From: Candidatus Pacearchaeota archaeon
GTDB lineage: Archaea > Nanobdellota > Nanobdellia > Pacearchaeales > GW2011-AR1
Assembly (NCBI GenBank): GCA_016181895.1
Contig: JACOYL010000008.1
Location: forward strand, 8,192 to 72,191
Direction: 5' to 3'
Length of the DNA: 64,000 nt
Shown: positions 1 to 9,093 of the stretch, piece by piece
Layout of the letters: each line of letters starts with the position of its first letter
How positions within the stretch are numbered: position 1 is the stretch's first letter
The notes under the pieces: generated by a model
Told to the model about the DNA's origin: nothing
Seen by the model: only the letters and a program-made list of their open reading frames with translations
The model's database searches: none
Position numbers and translations under genes: made by a program

Positions 1-505
1 CAATGCGCAGATTGAAACCTATTGCATGATAAATTCTCCGGACAACATAGAAAACTGCGTTCAGAGATATGCTTTCGGTTCCATAAGCACCACGGGAGCC
101 GCGACAAAAGAAGCCAGATTTTTGTCAATAATCAGCAACAACATTTATGTGATGATTTTCACTTTGATTTTTTCCCTGATTTTCGGGGCGGGCGCGATTT
201 TCATTCTTGCGTGGAATGCAAGCGTGATTTCAACGGCAATAGGGGTTTTTACAAGATACCAAATAAATGAAATTCCGATAGGATTGGCAAGATACATGAT
301 TCACGGATTTCCTGAAATCGCGGCATATTTCATCACGGCTCTTGCAGGAGGAATTTTCGGAGTCGACATAATAAGAAACGGATTCATGAACCTCAAATCA
401 TTGAGGGTGATTGAAAATGTTTTCATCCTTTTGTTCATCGCGATATTGCTTCTCGTTCTTGCCGGAGTTATCGAGGTTTATTTGACGCCGATTTTGTTCA
501 ATTAG
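1..505 (+). CDS. DUF95/SpoIIM-like integral membrane protein (5' end runs off the window)
   Basis: Multi-TM protein with the YMIHGFPEIAAYFITALAGGIFG motif typical of the SpoIIM/DUF95 family. There is no stop upstream of the first Met, so the N-terminus is probably outside the window. Confidence 0.5.
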   Translation, partial: NAQIETYCMINSPDNIENCVQRYAFGSISTTGAATKEARFLSIISNNIYVMIFTLIFSLIFGAGAIFILAWNASVISTAIGVFTRYQINEIPIGLARYMIHGFPEIAAYFITALAGGIFGVDIIRNGFMNLKSLRVIENVFILLFIAILLLVLAGVIEVYLTPILFN

Positions 506-515
506 TTAAGAAATC

Positions 516-523
516 TTTATATA
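516..523 (+). promoter_or_regulatory. TATA-box-like element (tttatata) about 20 bp upstream of the aglB ATG, implying a leaderless or near-leaderless transcript
   Basis: AT-rich octamer in the 36-nt intergenic gap. Archaeal TATA boxes sit about 26 nt upstream of the TSS. Confidence 0.25.
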
Positions 524-541
524 CAATTATCTTTTCAGGTT

Positions 542-3265
542 TTGATGCCTGAAGATTCAATAAATTTTGAAATAGAAGAAAGAAAGAAAAAGGTTTTCGG
601 TTTTTTAAAGGAAAAAAAAGAATGGATTACTTATCTTATCCTGGCTTTTATCATTTTTATCAGCCTTTACATAAGAACTAGGAACATTCCGCTTTTAAAA
701 GACATAACGACAAATGATTGGACTCTTGCTCCCGACTTGGATCCTTTTTTGTTTTTGCGCTGGGCGAAATACATAGTTGAAAACGGAACTCTTTTTGCCG
801 TTGATACAATGAGGTATGTTCCTTTGGGATACGACGTTGCGGGCGAACTTAAAACGCTTTCATATCTTATTGCATGGTTTTATCACGGATTTTCATTTTT
901 CAATTCCGAAATCACGGTAACTTATGCTGCAATATTGTTCCCTGTTTTCATGTTCGGGCTTACGGGAATTGCATTTTTTCTTTTTGCGAGAAAAATATTT
1001 TACAAGGAAAAAAAAGGGGTAAAGAATACGATTGCACTAATAGCCACTGCGTTTTTTGTCCTTATTCCTTCCTTGCTTCCAAGAACGATTGCCGGAATTC
1101 CCGAAAAGGAGTCCGCAGCATTTTTTTTCATGTTCATCTCCTTCTACTTTTTTCTTGAAGCCTTCACTTCTGAGAAATTCAGAAACAGAATAATTTTCGG
1201 ATTTCTTTCCGGATTTGCAACCGCAATGATGGCTCTTGTTTGGGGCGGCGTGATTTATGTTTTCTTTTCAATAGGACTTGCAACACTGCTTGCGTTCTTG
1301 CTTGGGAAAGTGAAAAAAGAAGAAATAATAATTTACGGAACGTGGCTTTTTACATCATTCGTTTTTATGATTCCATTCTCAACAAGGTATGCTCCTTACA
1401 ATCTTCTGGTTTCAGACTCAACAGGCTCTGCCATAGGAGTTTTTGGGATAATTTGTTTAAGTTTATTTTTTATGAAAATTGGAAAATTTGAAGAAACAAG
1501 AAAAAAAACAGGAATTCCAAAAGAATTGTTTTATTTTTTTGTCTCTGGAATTATAATTTTTGTTCTTGTAATTGTTTTTCTCGGACTTGATTTTGTTGTA
1601 AACCAGGCAATTAATGTAAAAAACTCGCTTGTGAATCCGCAAACAAGCAGATTCGGGCTTACAGTAGCGGAAAACAAGCAGCCGTTTTTCATAAACGATT
1701 GGAAGCAAAATTTCGGGCCTGTTTTCAGGGAAATCCCGCTGTATTTTTGGCTTTTTTTTACTGGAGCTGTAGTTTTATTCAACAATTTGATTGAAAAAAT
1801 GGGTAAAAAAGAAAAAATGTTTTTGACTTTCAGTTATTTCGTTTTCCTTGTTTGTTTGATATTCAGCAAATATTCCCCCGGAACAATTCTAAACGGAACC
1901 TCGGGGCTTAGTATTTTGATTTATTTTTTCGGCTGGATTTATTTCATAGGAACATTCGGATATTTTTATTACAAAAGGCACAAGGAAAATACGGATTCAA
2001 TATTTCATGAATTCAATTTTTCGTATATTCTTTATTTTATGGTCCTAACATTAGGCATCATAGGTTCAAGGGCGGGAATAAGATTGCTCATGGTTCTTGG
2101 AGCGGTAAGCCCGATAGCTGTTTCATTTTTGATTGTAAAAAGCTCTGAAAAATACTTGAATCAAAAAGAGGATTTCAGCAAATTTTTCTTCGGGGCGATT
2201 TTAATTCTTATTTTAATTTCCTCTATATTCACTTTATGGGTTTATTACAAATCTGATTTTGCGACAGGAAGTTCTTATGCTCCAGGAGCATATCAGCAAC
2301 AATGGCAGAAGGCGATGTCATGGGTTCGTGAAAATACAAATGAAAATGCTGTTTTTGCACACTGGTGGGATTATGGATACTGGATTCAAAGCATAGGGGA
2401 AAGAGCGACAATTTTAGATGGAGGAAATGCAATGGGGCAATGGAATTATTTAATGGGGCGTTTGGTTTTGACTGGAACAAATGAAAAAGACGCACTGGAA
2501 TTTTTGTACACTCATAACGGAACTCATTTGCTTATTGATTCCACAGAAATAGGAAAATATGCCGCCTTTTCCAGCATAGGCTCTGATGAAAATTACGACA
2601 GGATTTCATACATCCCAAATCTGTTAATGGATAATTCGCAGACAAAAAGTTTGGAAAACATAACAGCATATGTTTACCCTTCCGGTTTCAGCCTTGATGA
2701 AGACATAATAATAAATCAGGAAGGCAAAGAAATTCTCCTTCCAAGAAAAGTTGCGGGAATAGGTGCGATAATCCTTAAAGTTAATTCATCAGGAGAAATT
2801 TTACAACCCGAGATGATTTTTGTACACAACTCAAATCAATATACTCAAAAAATGAGATATGTGTTTGTGAATGGAAATTTGCGCGATTTCGGCTCTGGAA
2901 TTGACGCGGGCATTTTCATTTTTCCCAGAATTGACACTGCGTCAAACGGACAAACTTCCTTGAACAATCTTGGCGCTGCATTTTATCTAAGTCCGAGAGT
3001 AGTGCATTCAAATCTTGCAAATTTATATCTTTTTGGAAAGGAATCGGAAAATTTCAAACTCGTTCATACTGAGAGCAATTTGTTTGTTGAAAATTTGAAG
3101 CAACAAGGATTGAACTTCGGAGAATTTGTCTATTTCCAAGGATTCCAGGGACCCATAAAAATCTGGGAAATAAAATATCCTTCGGACATAAAATTCAATG
3201 AAGAATATTTAAGCATAGAATACCCTAGTGAAGAATTGGATGTGGCGAAACCCGGAGAATATTAA
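542..3265 (+). CDS. aglB: Dolichyl-phosphooligosaccharide-protein glycosyltransferase AglB (STT3 family oligosaccharyltransferase)
   Basis: 907 aa with an N-terminal multi-TM domain and a C-terminal soluble domain. The diagnostic WWDYG motif (HWWDYGYW) is at nt 2363-2377, with a DGGNAMG segment downstream. Confidence 0.9.
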   Translation: MMPEDSINFEIEERKKKVFGFLKEKKEWITYLILAFIIFISLYIRTRNIPLLKDITTNDWTLAPDLDPFLFLRWAKYIVENGTLFAVDTMRYVPLGYDVAGELKTLSYLIAWFYHGFSFFNSEITVTYAAILFPVFMFGLTGIAFFLFARKIFYKEKKGVKNTIALIATAFFVLIPSLLPRTIAGIPEKESAAFFFMFISFYFFLEAFTSEKFRNRIIFGFLSGFATAMMALVWGGVIYVFFSIGLATLLAFLLGKVKKEEIIIYGTWLFTSFVFMIPFSTRYAPYNLLVSDSTGSAIGVFGIICLSLFFMKIGKFEETRKKTGIPKELFYFFVSGIIIFVLVIVFLGLDFVVNQAINVKNSLVNPQTSRFGLTVAENKQPFFINDWKQNFGPVFREIPLYFWLFFTGAVVLFNNLIEKMGKKEKMFLTFSYFVFLVCLIFSKYSPGTILNGTSGLSILIYFFGWIYFIGTFGYFYYKRHKENTDSIFHEFNFSYILYFMVLTLGIIGSRAGIRLLMVLGAVSPIAVSFLIVKSSEKYLNQKEDFSKFFFGAILILILISSIFTLWVYYKSDFATGSSYAPGAYQQQWQKAMSWVRENTNENAVFAHWWDYGYWIQSIGERATILDGGNAMGQWNYLMGRLVLTGTNEKDALEFLYTHNGTHLLIDSTEIGKYAAFSSIGSDENYDRISYIPNLLMDNSQTKSLENITAYVYPSGFSLDEDIIINQEGKEILLPRKVAGIGAIILKVNSSGEILQPEMIFVHNSNQYTQKMRYVFVNGNLRDFGSGIDAGIFIFPRIDTASNGQTSLNNLGAAFYLSPRVVHSNLANLYLFGKESENFKLVHTESNLFVENLKQQGLNFGEFVYFQGFQGPIKIWEIKYPSDIKFNEEYLSIEYPSEELDVAKPGEY

Positions 3266-3266
3266 A

Positions 3267-4262
3267 ATGGAACCTTTGTTGATTTTACCGTTGCTTGTAG
3301 GATTTTTTCTGACTTTATTTTTTGTTCCAATCTGGATGAAAAGGGCCAAGAATGTCAATTTTGTGGGAAAAGACATTCATAAAATCCAGAAAAAAGACGT
3401 GGCTGAAATTGGCGGGATTTCCACGCTGATTGGATTTGTTCTAGGAACCCTTGTTTATATTGCAATAAAAACATTTTATTTTAAATCAACGGAAAACTTG
3501 ATTGAAATTTTTTCCTTGCTGAATGTCATCTTAATGGTTTCTTTCATAGGTTTGTTTGACGACCTTCTAGGGTGGAAAATCGGACTGAACAAAAAAATCA
3601 GGATTTTTCTCTTGATTTTTGCGTCAATTCCTCTTGTTGTGATAAATGCAGGGGAATCTGAAATGATTGGAATTGAATTCGGATTGCTTTATCCGTTGTT
3701 TTTCATCCCGCTTGGAATCGTGGGCGCGAGCGCAACATATAATTTTCTTGCAGGATACAATGGATTGGAAGCAAGCCAGGGAATTTTGATTCTTTCCGCT
3801 TTGTCGTTGGCAACTTGGCTTTCAGGAAACAGCTGGCTCAGCCTTGTTTCATTGATAATGGTTTTCTGCCTCGCTGCATTTTATATTTACAACAAATATC
3901 CTTCGGAAATTTTTCCCGGAGACATTTTAACATATTCCGTAGGAGCTATAATTGCATGCATTGCAATTCTGGGAAATATTGAAAAAATCGCTGTTTTCTT
4001 TTTTATTCCGTATATAATTGAAACAATTTTAAAAACAAGAGGGAAATTGAAAAAGGAAAGCTTTGCGAAATTGAACAAAGATGAAACTCTTGAAATGCCG
4101 TATGAAAAAATTTACAGTTTAACGCATCTTTCATTGTTCATCCTGAAAAAAATAAAACCAAGCAAAAAGATTTATGAAAAAGAGGTTGTTTACCTGATAA
4201 ACTTTTTCCAGATTATCATAATAATCTTGGGATTTGTTTTATTCGGAAACGAATTAATATAG
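3267..4262 (+). CDS. Polyprenyl-phosphate HexNAc-1-phosphate transferase (GPT/MraY-WecA family, AglH/ALG7-like)
   Basis: About 10 TM segments, a DD-containing loop (GLFDDLLG) and an NFLAGYNGLEASQG segment resembling the NxxNxxDGxDGL motif of this family. Start moved to the MEPLL Met just after the aglB stop. Confidence 0.55.
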   Translation: MEPLLILPLLVGFFLTLFFVPIWMKRAKNVNFVGKDIHKIQKKDVAEIGGISTLIGFVLGTLVYIAIKTFYFKSTENLIEIFSLLNVILMVSFIGLFDDLLGWKIGLNKKIRIFLLIFASIPLVVINAGESEMIGIEFGLLYPLFFIPLGIVGASATYNFLAGYNGLEASQGILILSALSLATWLSGNSWLSLVSLIMVFCLAAFYIYNKYPSEIFPGDILTYSVGAIIACIAILGNIEKIAVFFFIPYIIETILKTRGKLKKESFAKLNKDETLEMPYEKIYSLTHLSLFILKKIKPSKKIYEKEVVYLINFFQIIIIILGFVLFGNELI

Positions 4263-5198
4263 ATGAAAATAAAAAAATATCTTCCATTAATAGGAATAGG
4301 AATTTTCGTTTTTTTGTTGTTTAAACTTAATATTTCAAAGATATTTAATGAAATATTAAATGCAGATGTAAGATTTTTAGTTGTTGCATTATTCCTTGTC
4401 TTTGTCGCTTTCTTCACCACAACATTAAAATGGTTCATAATTGCAAGGAAACAAAAAATTAATGTTCCTTTTTATGATGCATTCAAAATAAACATGATTT
4501 CGGGATTTTATGGTTTTATCACGCCTTCCAGAATCGGAAGCATAATAAGAGTGGAGTATTTAAAAAAATTTAGCAAAAACAGATTCGGGAAAGGAATAAG
4601 CAATTATGTTCTTGAAAAAATTCTCGACCTTGGTTCTTTATTCTTCATGGTTTTGATTTCTTCTTTCGTGTTAAAAGACGTGCTTTCGATAACATATTTC
4701 CATTATGCGCTTGCCGGATTTCTGATAATTTTAACAATGATTTTAATTTTCAGGGACGAGAAAAGAAGCAAGGATATATTAAGATTTTTCTATCTTAAAT
4801 TTTTGCCGAAAAAAATCAAAGAGATGGCAAAAGACGGATTTTATTCATTCTATGAAGACATGCCTGAAAAAAAATATTTTGCTCTTTTTTTTATTTTCAA
4901 TATTCTTAACTGGATTATCCTTTATTCAATTTTCTTTTTCATAGCCCTTTCCGTAGGGATAAAAGTTTCATTCATTTATTTTCTTCTTTTCATGCCGATT
5001 GCAACTTTTGTCGGACAAATACCAATAACAATTAACGGATTGGGAACACGAGAGGCGGTATTGATAAGCCTTTTCGGATTTCTTGGAATTGAAGCGACAA
5101 AAATCTTTTCAATGTCTCTAATAAATCTCGTGATAAACGGGATTTTCCCTGCATTGATAGGAATGGTCTTGGCTTTGAAATATAAGAATGTTAAATAG
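4263..5198 (+). CDS. UPF0104 / LPG-synthase-TM flippase-like membrane protein
   Basis: Polytopic protein with a conserved C-terminal GLGTREAVLISLFGFLG segment (the G..RE....G signature of the flippase-like TIGR00374/PF03706 family). It is adjacent to a DPM1-like GT2, as is typical. Confidence 0.55.
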   Translation: MKIKKYLPLIGIGIFVFLLFKLNISKIFNEILNADVRFLVVALFLVFVAFFTTTLKWFIIARKQKINVPFYDAFKINMISGFYGFITPSRIGSIIRVEYLKKFSKNRFGKGISNYVLEKILDLGSLFFMVLISSFVLKDVLSITYFHYALAGFLIILTMILIFRDEKRSKDILRFFYLKFLPKKIKEMAKDGFYSFYEDMPEKKYFALFFIFNILNWIILYSIFFFIALSVGIKVSFIYFLLFMPIATFVGQIPITINGLGTREAVLISLFGFLGIEATKIFSMSLINLVINGIFPALIGMVLALKYKNVK

Positions 5199-5243
5199 AG
5201 GTTTAAGAACCATAATGCTTTTAATGAAAATCCATGAAAGAGG

Positions 5244-6050
5244 TTGATGGGGGAAAAGGGGAAAGTCAGCCTCGTGATTCCAGCGCATAATGAAGAAAAG
5301 AGGATTGGAAAAACTCTTAGTATTTATCTGAAATATTTTCTTGATCTAAAAAATAAAAACGAAAATGATTTTGAAATCATCGTTGTTTTGAACAATTGTT
5401 CAGATAATACCTTGTCAATTGTCGAGAAATTCAAATACAATGAACTGAAGATTTTAAATTTCAAACAAGGAGGAAAGGGGTTCGCGATAACAGAGGGATT
5501 CAAGGAATCATTGAAAGGAAATTCAACATTGATAGGATTTGTAGACGCAGATGCCGCAACACCACCCAATGCATTTCATGGATTGATTAGGCATATCGGA
5601 AACGCAGACGGAATAATTGCAAATCGCTGGGACAAGAGGAGCAAAATCCAACCAGAACATACTTTTATGAGAAAAATTACAAGCGCAGGATACAACACGA
5701 TTATAAGAAGTTTGTTCTTTTTTCCATTTCAAGACACGCAATGCGGCGCAAAGTTGTTCAAACGCGGGATTCTGGAAAAAAATATTCACAAAATTGCTTC
5801 AAGCCAATGGAATTTTGATGTCGCGCTTTTGTTTTGCTTGAGAAGAGAAAGCAAAGCAAGAATAAAATCAATCCCGACAATGTGGAGCGACATAAAGGGT
5901 TCAAAAATAAACTTGAGAAGCGCGCCGACAAGAATGTTTCTTTCGGCAATAAGACTTAGAATAATGCATTCGCCTTTCAAAAGTTTTTTAAGAATTTATT
6001 GGAAACTCATTCCTGAAAAATGGAAGATAAGACAGCACAATAATCTTTAA
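5244..6050 (+). CDS. GT2 dolichyl-phosphate hexosyltransferase (DPM1/AglD/AglJ-like)
   Basis: VSLVIPAHNEE start, IIVVLNNCSDNT and FVDADAA (DxD) motifs of GT2 polyprenol-phosphate sugar synthases. Confidence 0.75.
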   Translation: MMGEKGKVSLVIPAHNEEKRIGKTLSIYLKYFLDLKNKNENDFEIIVVLNNCSDNTLSIVEKFKYNELKILNFKQGGKGFAITEGFKESLKGNSTLIGFVDADAATPPNAFHGLIRHIGNADGIIANRWDKRSKIQPEHTFMRKITSAGYNTIIRSLFFFPFQDTQCGAKLFKRGILEKNIHKIASSQWNFDVALLFCLRRESKARIKSIPTMWSDIKGSKINLRSAPTRMFLSAIRLRIMHSPFKSFLRIYWKLIPEKWKIRQHNNL

Positions 6051-6074
6051 AAATGAAAATAAAAGAGGTACTTT

Positions 6075-6677
6075 ATGATTATAGATGACTTGTTCAAAGA
6101 TTTAACAGATTATAGTGGAAAATTAGAATATGTTGAAGTAAATGGAAGAAGGTACAGGACAAAAACTGACGCAAATCCTTCTATAATTTTGGGGCAAGCT
6201 TTTGGAGCAAATTATGATAAGAATTCTTATAATCAAGTTCTTGCCGAATCTGTCATAGATGCAAGACAATTTTTTGGCGATGAATTAGCCGTGATTGTAC
6301 AATCTGAAATCGGAAAATGTTTGGATGAGTATGGAGAATTTTCGTATCATTCTATTGGGGAAGTTTACGAGGATGATGAAATCTCGAAAATAGGAGTCTT
6401 TTCCAAAATAGATACTCAAGGAGTCTTGAAATTATCTGAAGAAGTCTTGAAAAAATTAGGATTAGAAAAAGAAGAAATAGTTTATGTCGCACATCCAGCA
6501 CATGTTTATAGAGTTATGAAAATTGGAAATAAGATTGGATTTAATGGTTTTCCTTTTATCTCAAAAGATGTTGAATGGGCTTCTGGAGAAATTCAGCCCT
6601 GGACTCGTTCAAAATATTTTTGGATTCCAAGGGAAATAGCCACACGAATTCATCATAAAATAAAAGGAATTATGTGA
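6075..6677 (+). CDS. hypothetical protein
   Basis: 200-aa ORF with coding-like composition between two GT2 genes. No motif recognised. Confidence 0.4.
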   Translation: MIIDDLFKDLTDYSGKLEYVEVNGRRYRTKTDANPSIILGQAFGANYDKNSYNQVLAESVIDARQFFGDELAVIVQSEIGKCLDEYGEFSYHSIGEVYEDDEISKIGVFSKIDTQGVLKLSEEVLKKLGLEKEEIVYVAHPAHVYRVMKIGNKIGFNGFPFISKDVEWASGEIQPWTRSKYFWIPREIATRIHHKIKGIM

Positions 6678-6720
6678 ATGTTTACAATAATCTTTAAAAC
6701 TTCATTCTCCTGTTTGATTT

Positions 6721-7761
6721 ATGAAATTTTCGCTTATTATCCCCCTTGCTCCAGAAAGAGATGCACCGATATTGGAATCAATAAAGCAATTGGATTATCC
6801 GAAAAAAGATTTTCATGTAGTGGTTGTCGCGGGAAGAAATCCAAGCGAGAACAGGAACAAAGGAGCTGAAAAAGCAAAGGGGGAGATTCTGGTTTTTCTT
6901 GATGATGACGCAATAATTCATAAAGATTATTTGAGAAAAGCCGACGAATTTTTAAAAAAATATCCATGGATTGACATTGTCGGCGGACCGCAATTGAGTC
7001 CTTTTGAAGAGAAAGGTTTTGCAAAAATCTCAGGCTACGGATTGACATCAAAATTCGGCGCATGGAGCGTTGCACACAGATATTCAATGAGAAAGGAAAA
7101 TTTCAATGCCGATGAGAGCATGCTTACAAGCGCAAATCTCATCTGCAGAAAAGATGTTTTGAAAACAATAAAGTTTGACACAAATCTTTTTCCGGGCGAG
7201 GATCCGAAATTCATTGACGATGCTAAAAAGGCTGGATTCAAAATTGCCTACAGTCCCGAATTTATTGTCTATCACAAAAGAAGGCCAACAATCAAAGCCT
7301 TCATGAAGCAAATGTTCAATTACGGAAAAACAAGGCCGTTCAAGGAAAATCTTAGGGAAACTTTGAAAAAGCCGTATTTTCTCATTCCTAGCCTGTTCCT
7401 TGTTTATCTTGTTGCATTTCTTATAATAATCATATCCAATCTGACGATAACGGGAAATGCCGTCGGCAGTTATTGGATTTTCGCGAAGATTCCTTTTTTC
7501 AACGTGCTTAATTTGCTTCCTGCAACGGCGTATTTCATACTTTCAATAATCTTTGCAATACACGACTCGATAAAAAATCACAATCTTGGAGCAGCCATAT
7601 TCCTGCCTTTTATTTATTTGCTAATCCATATGTCTTACGGGGCGGGAATGATTTACGGATTTTTCAAGAAAAATTTCACAGACAAATCTGTCAACAGCGA
7701 GTTTGGCAAAAAAAGCAAATCAGCGACAAAAATAGCAATGGTTGAAAAAACAATCTTTTAA
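6721..7761 (+). CDS. GT2 glycosyltransferase with C-terminal TM segments
   Basis: SLIIPLAPERD near the N-terminus, a LVFLDDDAII DxD motif, and a hydrophobic C-terminal third. Confidence 0.7.
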   Translation: MKFSLIIPLAPERDAPILESIKQLDYPKKDFHVVVVAGRNPSENRNKGAEKAKGEILVFLDDDAIIHKDYLRKADEFLKKYPWIDIVGGPQLSPFEEKGFAKISGYGLTSKFGAWSVAHRYSMRKENFNADESMLTSANLICRKDVLKTIKFDTNLFPGEDPKFIDDAKKAGFKIAYSPEFIVYHKRRPTIKAFMKQMFNYGKTRPFKENLRETLKKPYFLIPSLFLVYLVAFLIIIISNLTITGNAVGSYWIFAKIPFFNVLNLLPATAYFILSIIFAIHDSIKNHNLGAAIFLPFIYLLIHMSYGAGMIYGFFKKNFTDKSVNSEFGKKSKSATKIAMVEKTIF

Positions 7762-7784
7762 AAGATAATAAATGAATAAACAAA

Positions 7785-7946
7785 ATGGTTAAGCAAAATT
7801 TTTATAGATGCCCGAAATGCGGGAGATTTTACGAGAGTTTGAGATACTGCACGGAGCACGAAAACGACCCGAGCGTGAACATGAGCGAATGGAAATGCTT
7901 TGAGTGCGAGATAAATGTTATAAAAGAGATTGAGAAGAAGGGATAA
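7785..7946 (+). CDS. small zinc-ribbon protein (53 aa)
   Basis: Translates as MVKQNFYRCPKCGRFYESLRYCTEHENDPSVNMSEWKCFECEINVIKEIEKKG with CPKC...CFEC pairs. It is below the size cutoff of the ORF track. Confidence 0.4.
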   Translation: MVKQNFYRCPKCGRFYESLRYCTEHENDPSVNMSEWKCFECEINVIKEIEKKG

Positions 7947-7976
7947 TTTTATAAGGCAGGATGTTTCTGAATTTTA

Positions 7977-8456
7977 ATGACTGAAAGAATGATAGCAAGA
8001 AGGAATGAAAATTATGGGGTATTTAGAGAGATGGGAAGAGATGTCTCAGATATTGTTTATGGGATTGGAAAATTTTTTGGAGGAAACTTTGTAATGCCTA
8101 CTTGGTTTAGAAATCATGGTCCTCAAGGCGGCGGAGGCACGTGTGGAGGAGATGATGTGGAAGGATCTGCTCAAATAATGCTTGGACTTTTTGGTAATTT
8201 AACCAGTATGTCAACAATAGCAATATTAACTAATAAAGGAGATTCTTCCAACTATTGGGCTTGGGCTGTTCCCTCTTCAGTTTGGTTAACAACAAACATC
8301 GCAAGCGCGGGATACGAATGGTATAGAAGTGCAAGAATTAGGAAGAGAGAAATTAGATATTCATCCCTGTTTTCAGACAGAGAGATAGATTCTCTAAGTG
8401 TTGATGAACTTGCTCAAAAATATTTTGAAATGGATGGAAAGAGAAATAATCATTAG
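7977..8456 (+). CDS. hypothetical membrane protein, paralogous to the 57939..58337 gene
   Basis: Shares VPTW(F/Y)R and ASxxYEW(Y/G)R(S/N)A(R/Y) segments plus a central hydrophobic stretch with the ORF at 57939..58337. The local GC is higher than the surroundings. Confidence 0.45.
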   Translation: MTERMIARRNENYGVFREMGRDVSDIVYGIGKFFGGNFVMPTWFRNHGPQGGGGTCGGDDVEGSAQIMLGLFGNLTSMSTIAILTNKGDSSNYWAWAVPSSVWLTTNIASAGYEWYRSARIRKREIRYSSLFSDREIDSLSVDELAQKYFEMDGKRNNH

Positions 8457-8557
8457 CGCTGGAGTTAGGACACAAGGTCTACAAAACCGAAGTTTTGCCT
8501 CCAGCAAAAATATATGATTTAAATCATATATAAAAGTTTTGGTTGTGGTTTATTGAA

Positions 8558-8711
8558 CATGAAAAAATGCCTTGTTTGTATGGACAAATGTAATGATGAT
8601 GGAAGCCAGAGTTTTCCAACACCATATAAAAATTGGCGTCTTTGTAGTCCTGAGTGTACAAGAAAGTATTACAAGAATCCGAAAAAATACAAACCTAAGA
8701 AGAAAAATTAA
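8558..8711 (+). pseudogene. small Cys-rich (zinc-ribbon-like) gene disrupted by a frameshift in a T homopolymer
   Basis: MKKCLVCMDKCNDDGSQSFPTPYKNWRLL then stop. The +1 frame continues CSPECTRKYYKNPKKYKPKKKN to a stop at about 8711. The break is at the tctttt run near 8638-8643. Confidence 0.3.
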
Positions 8712-8749
8712 TTCAGAACCTTTATAAATAAAAGATTTTAACTGTTCCA

Positions 8750-9052
8750 ATGTCATTATCTAATAGACGAGGAAGATTTGCCCTATACACATCTGTTTTT
8801 ATTTCGGGGACTTTATCAGGCATTGTTACGGAAGATTTTTTGCACCCCTATCTGCCTGATTTTATTGCAGGTGAACCTAAAAAGATAGTGCATCTTATAG
8901 ATATCAACGGGGATGGTGTGAGTGATTCCATAGAAAAAAGGGGAAATATCATTCCTTCCTTTATAGTCTATCTCAGTGATGTAAAGGATAACAGAGTAAC
9001 TTTTAATCGTTCACCAGAGGTATATTTCTTTAGTCTTCCTTCATCAGAATAA
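8750..9052 (+). CDS. hypothetical protein
   Basis: 100-aa ORF in a GC-richer islet. A weak GEPKKIVHLIDINGDG segment resembles GEPRIVRMDWRGH in the 58339..58923 protein. Confidence 0.3.
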   Translation: MSLSNRRGRFALYTSVFISGTLSGIVTEDFLHPYLPDFIAGEPKKIVHLIDINGDGVSDSIEKRGNIIPSFIVYLSDVKDNRVTFNRSPEVYFFSLPSSE

Positions 9053-9093
9053 TTTATCATAATACTTTTAAAGTCCTTAATCCTAGGTTAACA

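Noticed and set aside
874-2495. Track ORFs inside or antisense to aglB (874-1158, 1240-1491, 1463-1708, 1531-1785, 2229-2495)
   Set aside because: They lie entirely within the 907-aa AglB reading frame region, are low-complexity, and are typical shadow ORFs of an AT-rich gene.
8550-8756. Minus-strand 68-aa ORF
   Set aside because: It is antisense to the plus-strand Cys-rich gene, which has a clear zinc-ribbon pattern. There are no features supporting the minus ORF.
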